A stretch of 63,771 nucleotides of DNA, the filler included, from Lama guanicoe (Eukaryota), in assembly GCA_013239625.1 (NCBI GenBank). It is 161 parts of 161 records of this genome, joined end to end, with 100 filler letters (N's around TTAATTAATTAA, not from the genome) between each part and the next. Parts side by side here need not be neighbours in the genome. Positions count along the whole stretch, not along the records: positions 1 to 295 come from PNXV01054052.1; positions 396 to 691 come from PNXV01054053.1; positions 792 to 1,087 come from PNXV01054054.1; positions 1,188 to 1,483 come from PNXV01054055.1; positions 1,584 to 1,879 come from PNXV01054056.1; positions 1,980 to 2,275 come from PNXV01054057.1; positions 2,376 to 2,671 come from PNXV01054058.1; positions 2,772 to 3,067 come from PNXV01054059.1; 153 more parts are not named here. One strand, 5' to 3'. The translations under genes were made by a program, and so were the position numbers. Below the pieces are notes generated by a model. It was not told the origin of the DNA. It saw only the letters and a list, made by a program, of their open reading frames with translations, and made no database searches. This document shows positions 1 to 13,463 of this stretch, in pieces (the stretch's first letter is position 1; every line of letters starts with the position of its first letter).

Positions 1-295
1 TTTCTCTGTCTGACTTACTTCACTTAGTATGACAATCTCTAGGTCCATCTATGTCACTGCAGATGGCATTTCATTCTTTTTTATGGCTGAATAACATTCC
101 ATTTTATATATTTACCACATCTTCTTTACCCATTTTTTCCATCAGTGGACATTTAGGTTGCTTCCATGTCTTGGCTATTGCAAATAGTGCCTCTGTGAAT
201 ATTGGAGTGCATGTATCTTTTCAGATTAGAGTTTTCTCTGAATATGTGCCCAGGAGTGGGATTGTTGGATCATATGGTAACTCTGTTTTTAGTTT
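1..295 (-). mobile_element. LINE-1 fragment (ORF2 end/3' UTR)
   Basis: Typical L1 antisense text: tctgacttacttcacttag, ggacatttaggttgcttccatgtcttggctattg, gggattgttggatcatatggtaactct. Confidence 0.9.
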
Positions 296-395
296 NNNNN
301 NNNNNNNNNNNNNNNNNNNNNNNNNNNNNNNNNNNNNNNTTAATTAATTAANNNNNNNNNNNNNNNNNNNNNNNNNNNNNNNNNNNNNNNNNNNN

Positions 396-691
396 TGTTG
401 TTATTACGTTGTATGCACCATTTGTATCTTCTGGAAATTAAACCTTTGTCATTCGCATTATTTGTGAATATTTTCTCCCATTCTGTAAGTTGTTGTTTTG
501 TTTGGCTTATGGTTCCCTTTGCTGCAGAAAAGCTTGGAAGTTTAATAGGTCCCATTTGTTAACTTTTGCTTTTATTTCTACAGCCTGGCAGACTGCCCTA
601 GGAGAACCTTCCTAAGATTTACGTCACATGAAGTTTTGCCTCTGTTTTCTTCTAAGAGTTTTATAGTGTCTTGTCTTATGTTTAAGCCTTT
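396..691 (-). mobile_element. LINE-1 ORF2 fragment
   Basis: The minus-strand translation PIKLPSFSAAKGTISQTKQQLTEWEKIFTN matches the L1 ORF2p motif LIKLKSFCTAKETI...QPTEWEKIFAN. Confidence 0.9.
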
Positions 692-3600
692 NNNNNNNNN
701 NNNNNNNNNNNNNNNNNNNNNNNNNNNNNNNNNNNTTAATTAATTAANNNNNNNNNNNNNNNNNNNNNNNNNNNNNNNNNNNNNNNNNNNNAAACAACAT
801 ATGTTGTTTTAAAATGTAGGTAAAGTGAAAGTAATATTTATATATACACTGATTATAATAATAATGTAAATAAGAATGGCTCACCTCTTAAAATTGTTTC
901 CAGATTGCCTTTCAAAGCAAAAATCAGTTCTCTGCCATAGACATACACTTAAGCAAGTTGATTAAGAAAGGTTAAAAATAAATAGGTAGGCAAAAAAATC
1001 ACACGGGCAACTGCAAACAAAAGGGGAGTCTGCACCCGCCACTTTTTCACCAGACAAGCTAGATTTCAGTGTAAAAACACTGAATAANNNNNNNNNNNNN
1101 NNNNNNNNNNNNNNNNNNNNNNNNNNNNNNNTTAATTAATTAANNNNNNNNNNNNNNNNNNNNNNNNNNNNNNNNNNNNNNNNNNNNCTTGGCTCAGAAA
1201 ATCACACTTGGAATCCTCATAACTAGAGTTATAACCGTACGCATGAAACCCACAGGCCACACTATGGCATTTTGTGAGCACACACGATGCCACGGTGCTG
1301 CAGCACGCTCATAGCTGTCACGTCCAGTTCCTCAACCCCACGAGGGATTCACATGCATGTGACTCTCATGCAGCAGTGAGTGATAATCTGAAATTAAACA
1401 GCCTGCCAAGCCACTCCAGGGAAATGAGTGTTTTCCCAAAGGAAAGCCTTCTCTTGCGCAGCAGTGTCAGCTGGTACAGATAANNNNNNNNNNNNNNNNN
1501 NNNNNNNNNNNNNNNNNNNNNNNNNNNTTAATTAATTAANNNNNNNNNNNNNNNNNNNNNNNNNNNNNNNNNNNNNNNNNNNNCCCCTTGAGGAAAACTT
1601 AGTGTGTTTTTAGCCATTTGGGTTTACCCATCTGTGTGTTGCCGGTTCATATCTTTTTACCTTTTTCTAGAGGGTTTCCTGAGTTTTCTTGTTTATTCAC
1701 TGGGTTCTTTGTATATTCCTGATACGATTCTACTACCAGGGTTAAGGATGTAATGGAGTGTTGCTAAATCTCCTCCTGGTCTTCTTTCCTGACATCAGAG
1801 GCTAGTGGAAAATTGACGTTTCTCACAGTCCTTTGTGGGTTGTGTTTCAGATGTGATTTAGGTTTGTTGAGTTTGTGCCNNNNNNNNNNNNNNNNNNNNN
1901 NNNNNNNNNNNNNNNNNNNNNNNTTAATTAATTAANNNNNNNNNNNNNNNNNNNNNNNNNNNNNNNNNNNNNNNNNNNNACACACAGCCAGCAGGACACT
2001 GACAGAGGGAGGGTGCAGCTGTGTTATCAGGCCTCTGCTCCCGTTCCCTGCAAAAGCCGCATATGAAAGAGCAGGCCAGCCGCTGCAGTTTGCTTTCACA
2101 GAGACGCCTGCTAGGGAGCGAGGCCCAGGGATCCAGGAAATCAAGCTATCTCTTCCTAGGTGCTCTTTATCTTTTACTCTCAAAACAGCAAAAGCATGGT
2201 TTCTTTTCACACGGGAATAAATGGGATGCAGAAACTTTCTCTTCCCTTTCACAGCTTCCCTCCCATCCCTCTGCCNNNNNNNNNNNNNNNNNNNNNNNNN
2301 NNNNNNNNNNNNNNNNNNNTTAATTAATTAANNNNNNNNNNNNNNNNNNNNNNNNNNNNNNNNNNNNNNNNNNNNATTAAATGATAAATAAGAGAGACTC
2401 TTTCCTCAAGGTCCTTAGAAGTTAATGGGGGATAAAACATATGTATTCAGGTAACTATTACGAGCCAACGAAAGGAACCACACACTTTTTTGCTACTGTG
2501 GTTGAATTTCAGTCCTCTGCAGTTGTCAATGTGACTTCTCCTGTGAGAAGACGTTAGGTGAACTCTTGATTCAACTGGATTTGAAGCCTTTGGTTCTATC
2601 ATGGCGGCCTTGCTTGACAGCATCTAAACCATCTGGGCAGCAGCCTCCTCATCTGCACCCTGGTCAGTTTTNNNNNNNNNNNNNNNNNNNNNNNNNNNNN
2701 NNNNNNNNNNNNNNNTTAATTAATTAANNNNNNNNNNNNNNNNNNNNNNNNNNNNNNNNNNNNNNNNNNNNGGGCCCTAATTTATCCCGAGACTACATGT
2801 GAGGCAGGGGTGGACAAACTGAAGATAGTAGAAACCTCAGTGGTGATTTATCCCTATTTTCACAGTTTCTGTGACGGAATAACCATTATCAACTGCATTC
2901 AATAAAGTTCTGGTCTTGATATAACAGAACCAGGATGCCAGTTGGATAATCTAATCATTCAGTCTGCAATGAATTTTAATGCCCTCAGAGTCAATTCACT
3001 CAGATTGAAGGAACTTCCAGAGACCACTGACTCGCCTTCTTGCCTTTGTCCAGCTCAGTGCTCTCCTNNNNNNNNNNNNNNNNNNNNNNNNNNNNNNNNN
3101 NNNNNNNNNNNTTAATTAATTAANNNNNNNNNNNNNNNNNNNNNNNNNNNNNNNNNNNNNNNNNNNNCTTGTATTGTTTCTTCCAATTTCGTGTGTCTAC
3201 AATTATCTCAAAATAAGAAGTTTAATTTAAAATATTATTTTTAAAAAAACTAGGTTGAGATTACCTGCCTGCAAAAGGACTTCAGTTCCAGGCTTAAGTG
3301 ACTGGACCTCAAAGAAGTTTTCCAAGTTGACATTCCTGACATGGGGACATTCATATTGTAAATATTCTGTATTATTTTGGGGTCTTTTTTGGGGAGGGGT
3401 GTCATGTTATTAACCAGTATTCTTCTTTCAGTCATTATGTCCATAATGTTCACTTCCTACCATNNNNNNNNNNNNNNNNNNNNNNNNNNNNNNNNNNNNN
3501 NNNNNNNTTAATTAATTAANNNNNNNNNNNNNNNNNNNNNNNNNNNNNNNNNNNNNNNNNNNNTTCTCCTTCCCTAGTAATTCCTAATCTCAGGCATTTT

Positions 3601-4355
3601 TGTAGAACTAAAACCAGAAATACTCCCAAATCAAGGTTATTTCAGCGTTTCATAAACGTCTAAGACAAGAGCCAGGAGAGAAGCAAGCAGTGTATCTTAG
3701 AGAAAGAAAAAGGAGAAGATAGTCTGGGAAGATCCCTTCAAATTTGGGAGGTGATTAAGAGTACCATTCCAGAGAGTTAGCTGGGAACTATGTGCCATTC
3801 AGTTGAGGTGCCTAAGGAAACAGAAGACCCTGGAGGAAATGGTTATAAGGAGCAGGTGCNNNNNNNNNNNNNNNNNNNNNNNNNNNNNNNNNNNNNNNNN
3901 NNNTTAATTAATTAANNNNNNNNNNNNNNNNNNNNNNNNNNNNNNNNNNNNNNNNNNNNAAAAAGTTACTCTTTCGAAGACTATGTAGTCACAAAAATAC
4001 TCATTAAAACTTAAAAGATTAAAAATAGAAATATGACTTTTGCTGTTTAAGCTGATGGCTGTTCGTTTTTATTTTTTAAATCCTAAGAGCAGGTTTTAAT
4101 TTACAACCATATTTTTTACAAGTTTATAATTGAAGAGTTTACTTTAAAGAAAATAAAAATGAATAATTGTTGCATGACTGTTCATCAGAAGTGGAAAGGC
4201 CTTGATTCAACAGTGCCTGCCAAGTTGTGAGTCTCAAATTCTACTTAGAGAAATANNNNNNNNNNNNNNNNNNNNNNNNNNNNNNNNNNNNNNNNNNNNT
4301 TAATTAATTAANNNNNNNNNNNNNNNNNNNNNNNNNNNNNNNNNNNNNNNNNNNN

Positions 4356-4651
4356 AGAATACAGAATATAGAATATAGAAAACAGAATATAGAATGTAAA
4401 AACAGAATATAGAATATAGAAATCAGAATGCAGAATTAAGAATACAGAATATAGAATTTAGAAATCAGAATATAGAATATGGAAAACATAATACAGAAGC
4501 CAGAATTAAGAACATGAAATGCAGAACACAGAATTTAAAATATAGAATACAGAACACTGAATAGAGTATTTAGAATATAGAATATAAATCACAGAATTTA
4601 GTATATAGAATACAATATACTGAATATATTATTTAGAACATGGAATGCAGA
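4356..4651 (+). repeat. Degenerate (AGAATAT)n 7-mer tandem repeat
   Basis: The whole contig consists of agaatat/agaatac variants. Confidence 0.9.
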
Positions 4652-5543
4652 NNNNNNNNNNNNNNNNNNNNNNNNNNNNNNNNNNNNNNNNNNNNTTAAT
4701 TAATTAANNNNNNNNNNNNNNNNNNNNNNNNNNNNNNNNNNNNNNNNNNNNCCCTGTAGTAACTCCAAGGGTTTTTTGAAAACTTCTGGGCTATTAGGAT
4801 ATTTCAATAATTTTGAGGAAGAATAAAAATGCAATAAAATCTATGAGTTAAATATAAAGAATTTTAGGTGCTTGTTTGTTAGATTAATATATATTTGAAT
4901 GTGTATATATGAATCTCAAAAATATATACATATACAATAATATACATATTTCATATTTAAAGTTTTAGAAGTTCTAATCCTTGCTTTTGTGAAAGTTTTT
5001 TAGAATAAGTAGTATTACATAAAATGTGCAATAAAAGCCCTTGATTGNNNNNNNNNNNNNNNNNNNNNNNNNNNNNNNNNNNNNNNNNNNNTTAATTAAT
5101 TAANNNNNNNNNNNNNNNNNNNNNNNNNNNNNNNNNNNNNNNNNNNNCATGAAGCATTTGCAAAAGTGACAAAGTAAATGTTAATAAATTCTAAAACAGA
5201 AATGGAACAGAGCAGTAACTGATACTGAAAAAATATATCAAAATTTCAAAATAATAATGAAATAAAATACAAAAATCAAAGCCAAATGGCTGAAATTATA
5301 CTCAAAGGAAATGTTTCCATTTCATTAAAAAAAAGTCATTAAATGAACAAAGCATACAAGTCAAATTAGAGAAAGAACCTAACAACTAAGGAAAGCAGAA
5401 AGAATTATAGGATAAAAACAGAAATTAAGGGGAAGAAAAATAANNNNNNNNNNNNNNNNNNNNNNNNNNNNNNNNNNNNNNNNNNNNTTAATTAATTAAN
5501 NNNNNNNNNNNNNNNNNNNNNNNNNNNNNNNNNNNNNNNNNNN

Positions 5544-5839
5544 CTTCCTTCCTCCCTTCCCTCCGTCCCTCCTTTTGTTCCTGCCTTCCTCCTTCCCTCC
5601 CTCCCTTCCCTCCCTTCCTTCCTTCCCTCCCTCCTTCCCTCCCTCCCTCCTTCCTTCCCTCCCTCCCTTCCCTCCCTTCGTTTCTGCCTTCCTCCTTTCC
5701 TGCCTTCCTCCGTCCCTTCCTTCCCTCCCTCCGTCCTTCCTTCCCTCACTCCCTTCCCTCCCTTCGTTGCTGCCTTCCTCCTTCCCTGCCTTCCTCCCTC
5801 CCTCCCTTCCTTCCTGCCTTCCTCTCTCCCTTCCTTCCT
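5544..5839 (+). repeat. Polypyrimidine (CCTT/CCCT)n low-complexity tract
   Basis: Almost entirely C/T tetranucleotide variants. Confidence 0.95.
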
Positions 5840-5939
5840 NNNNNNNNNNNNNNNNNNNNNNNNNNNNNNNNNNNNNNNNNNNNTTAATTAATTAANNNNN
5901 NNNNNNNNNNNNNNNNNNNNNNNNNNNNNNNNNNNNNNN

Positions 5940-6235
5940 GGTAGAAAGGAGAAAGTGAAAGGACGCAGACTGTGTGAGACTGAAACATCTGGGTCCCAGC
6001 CAGCTAGGAACCTGCATTCAGGATGGTGTGTGGGGAGTGCAGAGTTCTCACAAAGAAAGAATTGGTGGGATGGGAGGGAGGACAGTTAGGTTCTTTACTG
6101 GAGAAGGAAAAAGTTGGCTGCACATTTCCTGGTTGAACAAGAGGACTGTGATATGATGTGCTTGTACTTTTGAGAGAAGGGTTTTATGGGGACAGGCCTA
6201 GGGAGAACGCTCTCTGGCTGGGGAGTCAGCACAAC
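5940..6235 (-). mobile_element. Probable ERV LTR fragment
   Basis: General resemblance to LTR sequence with a TATA-like cataaaa on the minus strand; family not assigned. Confidence 0.35.
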
Positions 6236-7919
6236 NNNNNNNNNNNNNNNNNNNNNNNNNNNNNNNNNNNNNNNNNNNNTTAATTAATTAANNNNNNNNN
6301 NNNNNNNNNNNNNNNNNNNNNNNNNNNNNNNNNNNAGGTCCCTGTGACCGCCCCCGCCCCAGCGTTGCCTGTGTTCTCAGTAGCGCCAGTTTGCTTTTAC
6401 AGGTGGTCCTGCTTGTAACTCAAGCTGACAGGAAGATCCTGCAGCTTGAGCTATTGGGTGAATATTCCAGCTGGCTTGGGTCCGGCTTTTTTGTAACAAA
6501 GTAGCATTTGTGATTTAAGAAGGGGGTTCCAGGAGCAGGAATCCCTGGTAGGAGAGCCAGCTGGCCTGACTCTTCAGTACAAATCCAGAGCCCAAGTGGA
6601 AGGGGCTCTTACTGCTCAGCCAGAAGCAATTNNNNNNNNNNNNNNNNNNNNNNNNNNNNNNNNNNNNNNNNNNNNTTAATTAATTAANNNNNNNNNNNNN
6701 NNNNNNNNNNNNNNNNNNNNNNNNNNNNNNNAATCAGCGGTGTGGCAGCTATTTAAGTGTCTCCCTTTGATCACCTGGAACCATGTGTTCAACAAGCGCA
6801 AGGCTTTGGGTGGGTGACTACTGTCACAGTACAGCTCAGAAAGGTCAAATAATTCTGCAAGCACAGGGAAGGAGAGTTGGTTCTGACTATATTTGCTATT
6901 TTAAAAGCAAAAGAATGACAAGCTCAAATCTTCAGATTCTTGCCCCAAGGCATGGGCTGAAACTCAGGACCTTTTTGTGACCGTGCTGAAAAAAATCACT
7001 TCTTTCTTCTGCCACAGAGCTGAGATCNNNNNNNNNNNNNNNNNNNNNNNNNNNNNNNNNNNNNNNNNNNNTTAATTAATTAANNNNNNNNNNNNNNNNN
7101 NNNNNNNNNNNNNNNNNNNNNNNNNNNAAAGCTATTTATACGTTTCATCCTCTCTTTGACATCTTTTTAACGCATGTACACATTGCAAACAACCCTATCA
7201 TTACTTAGCACATTCAGTGTTAACATTGTCCACCTATGAGGAATTTTGAAACCTAGCATTTATTTTGTTTTTACTTTGCTCCCATGTGGGGGAATTTAGC
7301 TGTTTCTAATTACTCATGGTTTTCACAGGCATTTGTTATAAAAATCTTTGAATAGTTTTTTTCCTCCCCTTTTGGCCAAATTATTTTTTTTCTTTTAAAT
7401 TTTTTGCTTGCTATTACAAGAAANNNNNNNNNNNNNNNNNNNNNNNNNNNNNNNNNNNNNNNNNNNNTTAATTAATTAANNNNNNNNNNNNNNNNNNNNN
7501 NNNNNNNNNNNNNNNNNNNNNNNCCCCGCAGAACATCTGGCTGCACAGACAAAGGACGTGTGTGTGTGTTCCCCAGGTCCAGGTGTGGGCCAAGGACAGG
7601 AGAGCCCATCTGGGATTGTTTTAGAAGCTGCCCAAGAGGATCACCCAGAGGGGTGAGGTGACCCCCCCCAAAGAAGGGCACTGGAGTGCACCTCAAGATG
7701 TGTGGGCCGAGGAAGGGGAGTAGGTGCCCAGCAGGAGAGGTGCACGTGCCCACGGGATCACCACTGAGAAAGATCTGAGTGAAAGAGGACAGGGGAGGTG
7801 TCTCTGAAGAACCAGGGAANNNNNNNNNNNNNNNNNNNNNNNNNNNNNNNNNNNNNNNNNNNNTTAATTAATTAANNNNNNNNNNNNNNNNNNNNNNNNN
7901 NNNNNNNNNNNNNNNNNNN

Positions 7920-8215
7920 CCGCGCCCCGCCTCCTCCGCCCCGCGGCCTGCGGGGCTGCAGCTGCGGGCGGCTCCAGCTGCCCCCAGATGTGGGCTGGGC
8001 GGCGCGCGGGGAACTTTCGCGCCGGCTGCGAGTGCGGGGCCCCGGCTGCGGTCCGGCTGCCATGGATCCGCCGGCGGGAGCCGCTCGCCGCCTGCTCTGC
8101 CCCGCGCTGCTGCTACTGCTACTGCCGCCGCTCCTGCTGCCGCCGCTGCCCGCGGACGCCGGGCTCGCCGCCGCCGCCGACCCCCCAGGTAGGTGCGGCC
8201 CGGCCCCCGCGCCCC
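7920..8215 (+). promoter_or_regulatory. ADAMTS2: CpG-island fragment spanning the ADAMTS2 5' UTR and exon 1
   Basis: Very GC- and CpG-rich, with GC boxes (ccccgcc) upstream of the Kozak gctgccATGG. Confidence 0.8.
8062..8188 (+). CDS. ADAMTS2: ADAMTS2 (procollagen I N-proteinase) coding exon 1, signal peptide
   Basis: [42 protein letters not shown] matches the recalled human N-terminus [18 protein letters not shown]...AAAADPPG. Strong Kozak context; phase-1 donor CAG|gtaggt at 8189. Confidence 0.95.
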
Positions 8216-8711
8216 NNNNNNNNNNNNNNNNNNNNNNNNNNNNNNNNNNNNNNNNNNNNTTAATTAATTAANNNNNNNNNNNNNNNNNNNNNNNNNNNNN
8301 NNNNNNNNNNNNNNNTGGACAGACAGCATCCCTTAGCATGCTGGGAGATGGACGAACTCAAAGGCGGCAGCGTCTGGAACAGCCCTCTCCCTCCCACCCC
8401 CCAAAATGGCATCCCCAAAATGCAGTTTGAGCTCATGCTTCTAAACGCCTTTAACATTGGTTTATACTCTTCATGCTGTAAATGCTGCATTTTCCATTTT
8501 TGGTTTAAATCGAAGTGCAGTCAATTAGCACGCATCAGTTTCTGGCGTTCAGCGTAAGGGTCTCATCGCTTCTGAATTTTCTCTGGAATCCATTTTATGA
8601 TTAAAAAATACNNNNNNNNNNNNNNNNNNNNNNNNNNNNNNNNNNNNNNNNNNNNTTAATTAATTAANNNNNNNNNNNNNNNNNNNNNNNNNNNNNNNNN
8701 NNNNNNNNNNN

Positions 8712-9007
8712 GTCAATGGACATTTAGGTTGCTTCCATATCTTGGCTATTGTAAATAGTGTTGCAATGAACACTGGGGTGCATGTATCTTTTTGAATTAG
8801 CATTCCCTCTGGACATATGCCCAGGAGTGAGATTGCTGGATCATACATTACATCTATTTTTAGTTTTTTTGAGGAATCTCCATACTATTTTCCCTAACGG
8901 TTATACCAAACTACATTCCTACCAACAGTGTAGGAGGATTCCCTTTTTTTCCACACCTTCTCCAGCATTTATCATCCATGGACTTTTGAATGATGGCCAT
9001 TCTGACT
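8712..9007 (-). mobile_element. LINE-1 ORF2 3' fragment
   Basis: YDPAISLLGICP...KDTCTPVFIATLFTIAKIWKQPKCP is the L1 ORF2p C-terminal motif. Confidence 0.95.
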
Positions 9008-11087
9008 NNNNNNNNNNNNNNNNNNNNNNNNNNNNNNNNNNNNNNNNNNNNTTAATTAATTAANNNNNNNNNNNNNNNNNNNNNNNNNNNNNNNNNNNNN
9101 NNNNNNNGAAAATACTGATTTCTTGCTTCGGTTCCACATTATTTCTCAAAGTTTTGGGTGCAACATTATCTTCTCTCTTCCTTTGAGAGATTGCTGTAAT
9201 ATATTTCTGAGGCCTTTTTTTCTGGTTACATCATTAAGTGAGAGGAGAGAAACATCTAGGACCTAGCTTAACACTGCCATGTTGCCATAGAAGTCTCCTT
9301 AAATTGATTTAAAAAGCAGTGTTTTGGGCAAATACTTTCACAGACAGTAATTCTGAAGTCGCTTTGTACCAGAAAAGTGCTAAAAATCCTAGGGTTAGGA
9401 AACNNNNNNNNNNNNNNNNNNNNNNNNNNNNNNNNNNNNNNNNNNNNTTAATTAATTAANNNNNNNNNNNNNNNNNNNNNNNNNNNNNNNNNNNNNNNNN
9501 NNNTATTGGGGGAAGCAATGCAATTTTATTAAATAAGAAAATGCTAAGTTAATAGCCATATTGCAGGATTGCATTCATCCAAACTAAGCAGAGTAAAACA
9601 AAGGAGAATCTTCTAATACAAATCTATTTGGAACTGTCATTTGAGAGACGTAATGGCAGAAACATCAGTGTGTACTTGTGACAAAGTTAAAACAAGGCAA
9701 GAATTCCTCATAAAGTAGGTCAGAGCTGTGAAGCTTCTGTCTAATTCCTGACATTTCCAGTCCTGTCCTGTCCCTCTGTCACAGGGCTGACCTTGGGACN
9801 NNNNNNNNNNNNNNNNNNNNNNNNNNNNNNNNNNNNNNNNNNNTTAATTAATTAANNNNNNNNNNNNNNNNNNNNNNNNNNNNNNNNNNNNNNNNNNNNT
9901 GGCTGTTAAGTGGAGGGCTGTCATACTCACCAGGAAGAGCTCTGAAGCAAGAGGGCATCGCCAGGACGTGTCAGACCCAGATCACGTGGTGTGAAGTTGT
10001 GAGTTACTGGCTGTTGCCGCAAGGAAGCACTGTGCGTCACCGTGACTTGATACCCAAATGTAAATACACAAACTGAAGCTGTGTAGGAGTTGTTGATTAT
10101 TCAGATGCTCTTAAGAGGGAGATTTTACATAGAAGTATATATAAAATAGGATATTTTAAATAGAATGATAAACAGGATAAATTTGAATTTGATAANNNNN
10201 NNNNNNNNNNNNNNNNNNNNNNNNNNNNNNNNNNNNNNNTTAATTAATTAANNNNNNNNNNNNNNNNNNNNNNNNNNNNNNNNNNNNNNNNNNNNCCAGT
10301 GCCACCCCCTCGTCGGGTCACCCTGGGTCTCGGGGGGGGGGTAAAGGGCAGAGGCTGCGTCCCCCTGAACCGTCCACCTCAAGGGGCTTCACATCGCACG
10401 TCTTGCAACCGCGAGATCGTCTGTCCCTGTGAGTAAATAGTCCATGCGAGGGGTTTGTGATGTCGCTGATCGGCCAGGAGAAAGCCTGTACCTTAGTTTT
10501 CGGCTTGATGGTTGCAGGCCTGAATTGTAAGTCCTGGGTTTTATTCAGATGCCCTATTTTATTACGAATTTTAATTGATTCTATTCCAGCTNNNNNNNNN
10601 NNNNNNNNNNNNNNNNNNNNNNNNNNNNNNNNNNNTTAATTAATTAANNNNNNNNNNNNNNNNNNNNNNNNNNNNNNNNNNNNNNNNNNNNACCTTTGTC
10701 TTTCTGACTTAAAAAATAATGATTTTAGTGGTTCACTGGTGATTAGTACAGGTATTTGTAGAAATGCTTTTTCAGGTTAATACAGTGCCTTTGCATTTCT
10801 AGTTTACCAAGAGGTTTTTTATAAAAAAAAATTATTATGAATAGATGTTTACATTTAAGGCTTTTTGTATATCTGCTAAGATTATTATATAGCTTTTATA
10901 ATTAAGCTCCTAATGTGGTGAATTACATTGATACTTTCTCAAATATTGAACAGTCTTTTATTTCATTCTTGAGGTAAACCCTACTTGNNNNNNNNNNNNN
11001 NNNNNNNNNNNNNNNNNNNNNNNNNNNNNNNTTAATTAATTAANNNNNNNNNNNNNNNNNNNNNNNNNNNNNNNNNNNNNNNNNNNN

Positions 11088-11383
11088 AATTAATGTTCCC
11101 TTTACTGTTTTCCTACCAGCATAGGCCATGATCACCACTTTCACATTCCCTTTATGCTAGATGAACGAACGCCTCTAAACATGGTATGTTTTGAGTGTTG
11201 AATGTGTGCAAAAGCCATCTATCAGTTAGCATGTAGGGAAAATACAGTTTCTTTTGAGTGGGTAAATACACTACATACAAATATAAGGGGAGGTACTAGC
11301 TCCAACTCGGTTTACAGTGAAAACTGCAGAAACTTCAAACAGGCAATAGGAAACAACCTGAGAAACCAGAGTAAGAGTTCCTA
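11088..11383 (+). repeat. AT-rich satellite monomer (family A)
   Basis: Shares the motifs gctagatgaa.gaa and tagctccaactc.gttt.acagtgaaaactgcag with 17818-18113 and 51149-51445. Confidence 0.7.
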
Positions 11384-11483
11384 NNNNNNNNNNNNNNNNN
11401 NNNNNNNNNNNNNNNNNNNNNNNNNNNTTAATTAATTAANNNNNNNNNNNNNNNNNNNNNNNNNNNNNNNNNNNNNNNNNNNN

Positions 11484-11779
11484 TGCTACATTGCTGGTGG
11501 GAATGTAAAATGACACAGTCACTATGGAAACCATTTTGGTAATTTCTTAAGAAGCTAAACTTATGATAAGACTTAGCATCTACCCAAAAGAAATTAAAAC
11601 ATATGCTCACACAAAGACTGATACACAAATACACACACATTTTTGGATAATAGGCAAATAAAATATGGTATACCCATACAGTGTAATACTATTCAGCAAT
11701 AAAACAAATTAACCTAAGATATATACTAGAACATGGATGAACCTCAACATCATTATTCTGATCTAAAGAAACCAGACAG
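11484..11779 (+). mobile_element. Old LINE-1 (L1M-type) 3' fragment
   Basis: acattgctggtgggaatgtaaaatg...tactattcagcaataaaa...catggatgaacctc. Confidence 0.85.
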
Positions 11780-11879
11780 NNNNNNNNNNNNNNNNNNNNN
11801 NNNNNNNNNNNNNNNNNNNNNNNTTAATTAATTAANNNNNNNNNNNNNNNNNNNNNNNNNNNNNNNNNNNNNNNNNNNN

Positions 11880-12175
11880 GAGATTTCAGGAGTCTTAGTC
11901 ACCTGCTTTCTGGCTCCAGCCAGTCTGGGGTCCGCATGTTTGTGTGGGGGGGTCTTAGTTTCTGCAGGCCAGCTCGAAGACACGCATCAGCTTGTCACGT
12001 GTGCCCCTGAGGAGGAGCCAGGACCCTGCTCTGTCGCTGACCCAGTGTTTAAGCTGTCGTCACTCTTCCTGCTTGTCCGCTTCTGCTCTGTTTCTGCCTT
12101 CCCTCACTTCCCTAGTTAGTAACGCCTGAGCCTGCCCTTTGGAACCCAGGGAAACCCCCAGAGACTGAACAGTGG
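11880..12175 (-). mobile_element. ERV1-type LTR fragment
   Basis: Its reverse complement aligns with 28129-28425 (ttccaaagggcag..tca...ctaa...gggaagtg, ctcctcaag). Confidence 0.65.
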
Positions 12176-13463
12176 NNNNNNNNNNNNNNNNNNNNNNNNN
12201 NNNNNNNNNNNNNNNNNNNTTAATTAATTAANNNNNNNNNNNNNNNNNNNNNNNNNNNNNNNNNNNNNNNNNNNNTGAGGAAGGATTGGAATTTGACAGC
12301 ACAATTATCCCTACGGCTAATATCCACATGTACAATTTGCATGTCACATGAGTGAATTGTGCATGTGACTCTTTACAGAGCCCTTGTATCAGCGTTAGGA
12401 TACTGTTCTCCACGGTGAAGCAGCAGAGTGCACTGATGCTCAGTAACCCCTGGGACTCTTCCCGATCGGAGGCTGGTTCATCAATTCATCAGACAGCTTG
12501 TCATCCTCTCCTCTCATTGGTGCTGTACTGACCATTTATTCTTACATTACCAGAATAAGGGCTTCTTTTTCNNNNNNNNNNNNNNNNNNNNNNNNNNNNN
12601 NNNNNNNNNNNNNNNTTAATTAATTAANNNNNNNNNNNNNNNNNNNNNNNNNNNNNNNNNNNNNNNNNNNNAGCAGTGTAGGAGGGTTCCCTTTTCTCAC
12701 ACCCCCGAGAGGGTCACTTTTAAGCCAAGGGCTGAATCACAAGAAGGTGGAAAGCTATGGGGGAAGAGTATCCCATGCAGAGAGAGCAGCATAAGAAAAG
12801 ACCATAAAGGGAGCACTGGTTGAGGAGAAGTAACTAGGGGGGTGTTCATAACAACATTCGCCTTCAGGGCTATGTGTTTGTAGATGCAGGCCATACTTGG
12901 GTCCTGTGCTCTGAAGACTCAACACAGACAGGGTGGACCCCCAGCTTGATCCTCTCACCCCTCCTCCNNNNNNNNNNNNNNNNNNNNNNNNNNNNNNNNN
13001 NNNNNNNNNNNTTAATTAATTAANNNNNNNNNNNNNNNNNNNNNNNNNNNNNNNNNNNNNNNNNNNNCATAGAAACCTATGGGTTTAGACAAAGCATAAT
13101 GGCAAATGCCCACCACAAAGTAGCGTATGGAACATCTCAACTCCCACGTGACCTGTTTGCCACCTCTTAGTTTTCCCTTTCCCCGAATTTCATGTAAATT
13201 GGGTCACTTAGTGCATAGGTAGCCTCTCCAGACTGATTCTTTCACTTGTCAAAGGCAAATCAACATGGAGTTGGTACTGACAAGAGAGCTCTGTCCAATG
13301 GAGCCAGAAGGCCCTTCAGAAATTGTGACCTACCTTATCACTTCTCAGCCTGAATCAAATCCTNNNNNNNNNNNNNNNNNNNNNNNNNNNNNNNNNNNNN
13401 NNNNNNNTTAATTAATTAANNNNNNNNNNNNNNNNNNNNNNNNNNNNNNNNNNNNNNNNNNNN

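Noticed and set aside
5492..5895. Glu/Gly/Arg-rich and Pro/Ser/Leu-rich ORFs
   Set aside because: Translations of a CCTT/CCCT low-complexity tract.
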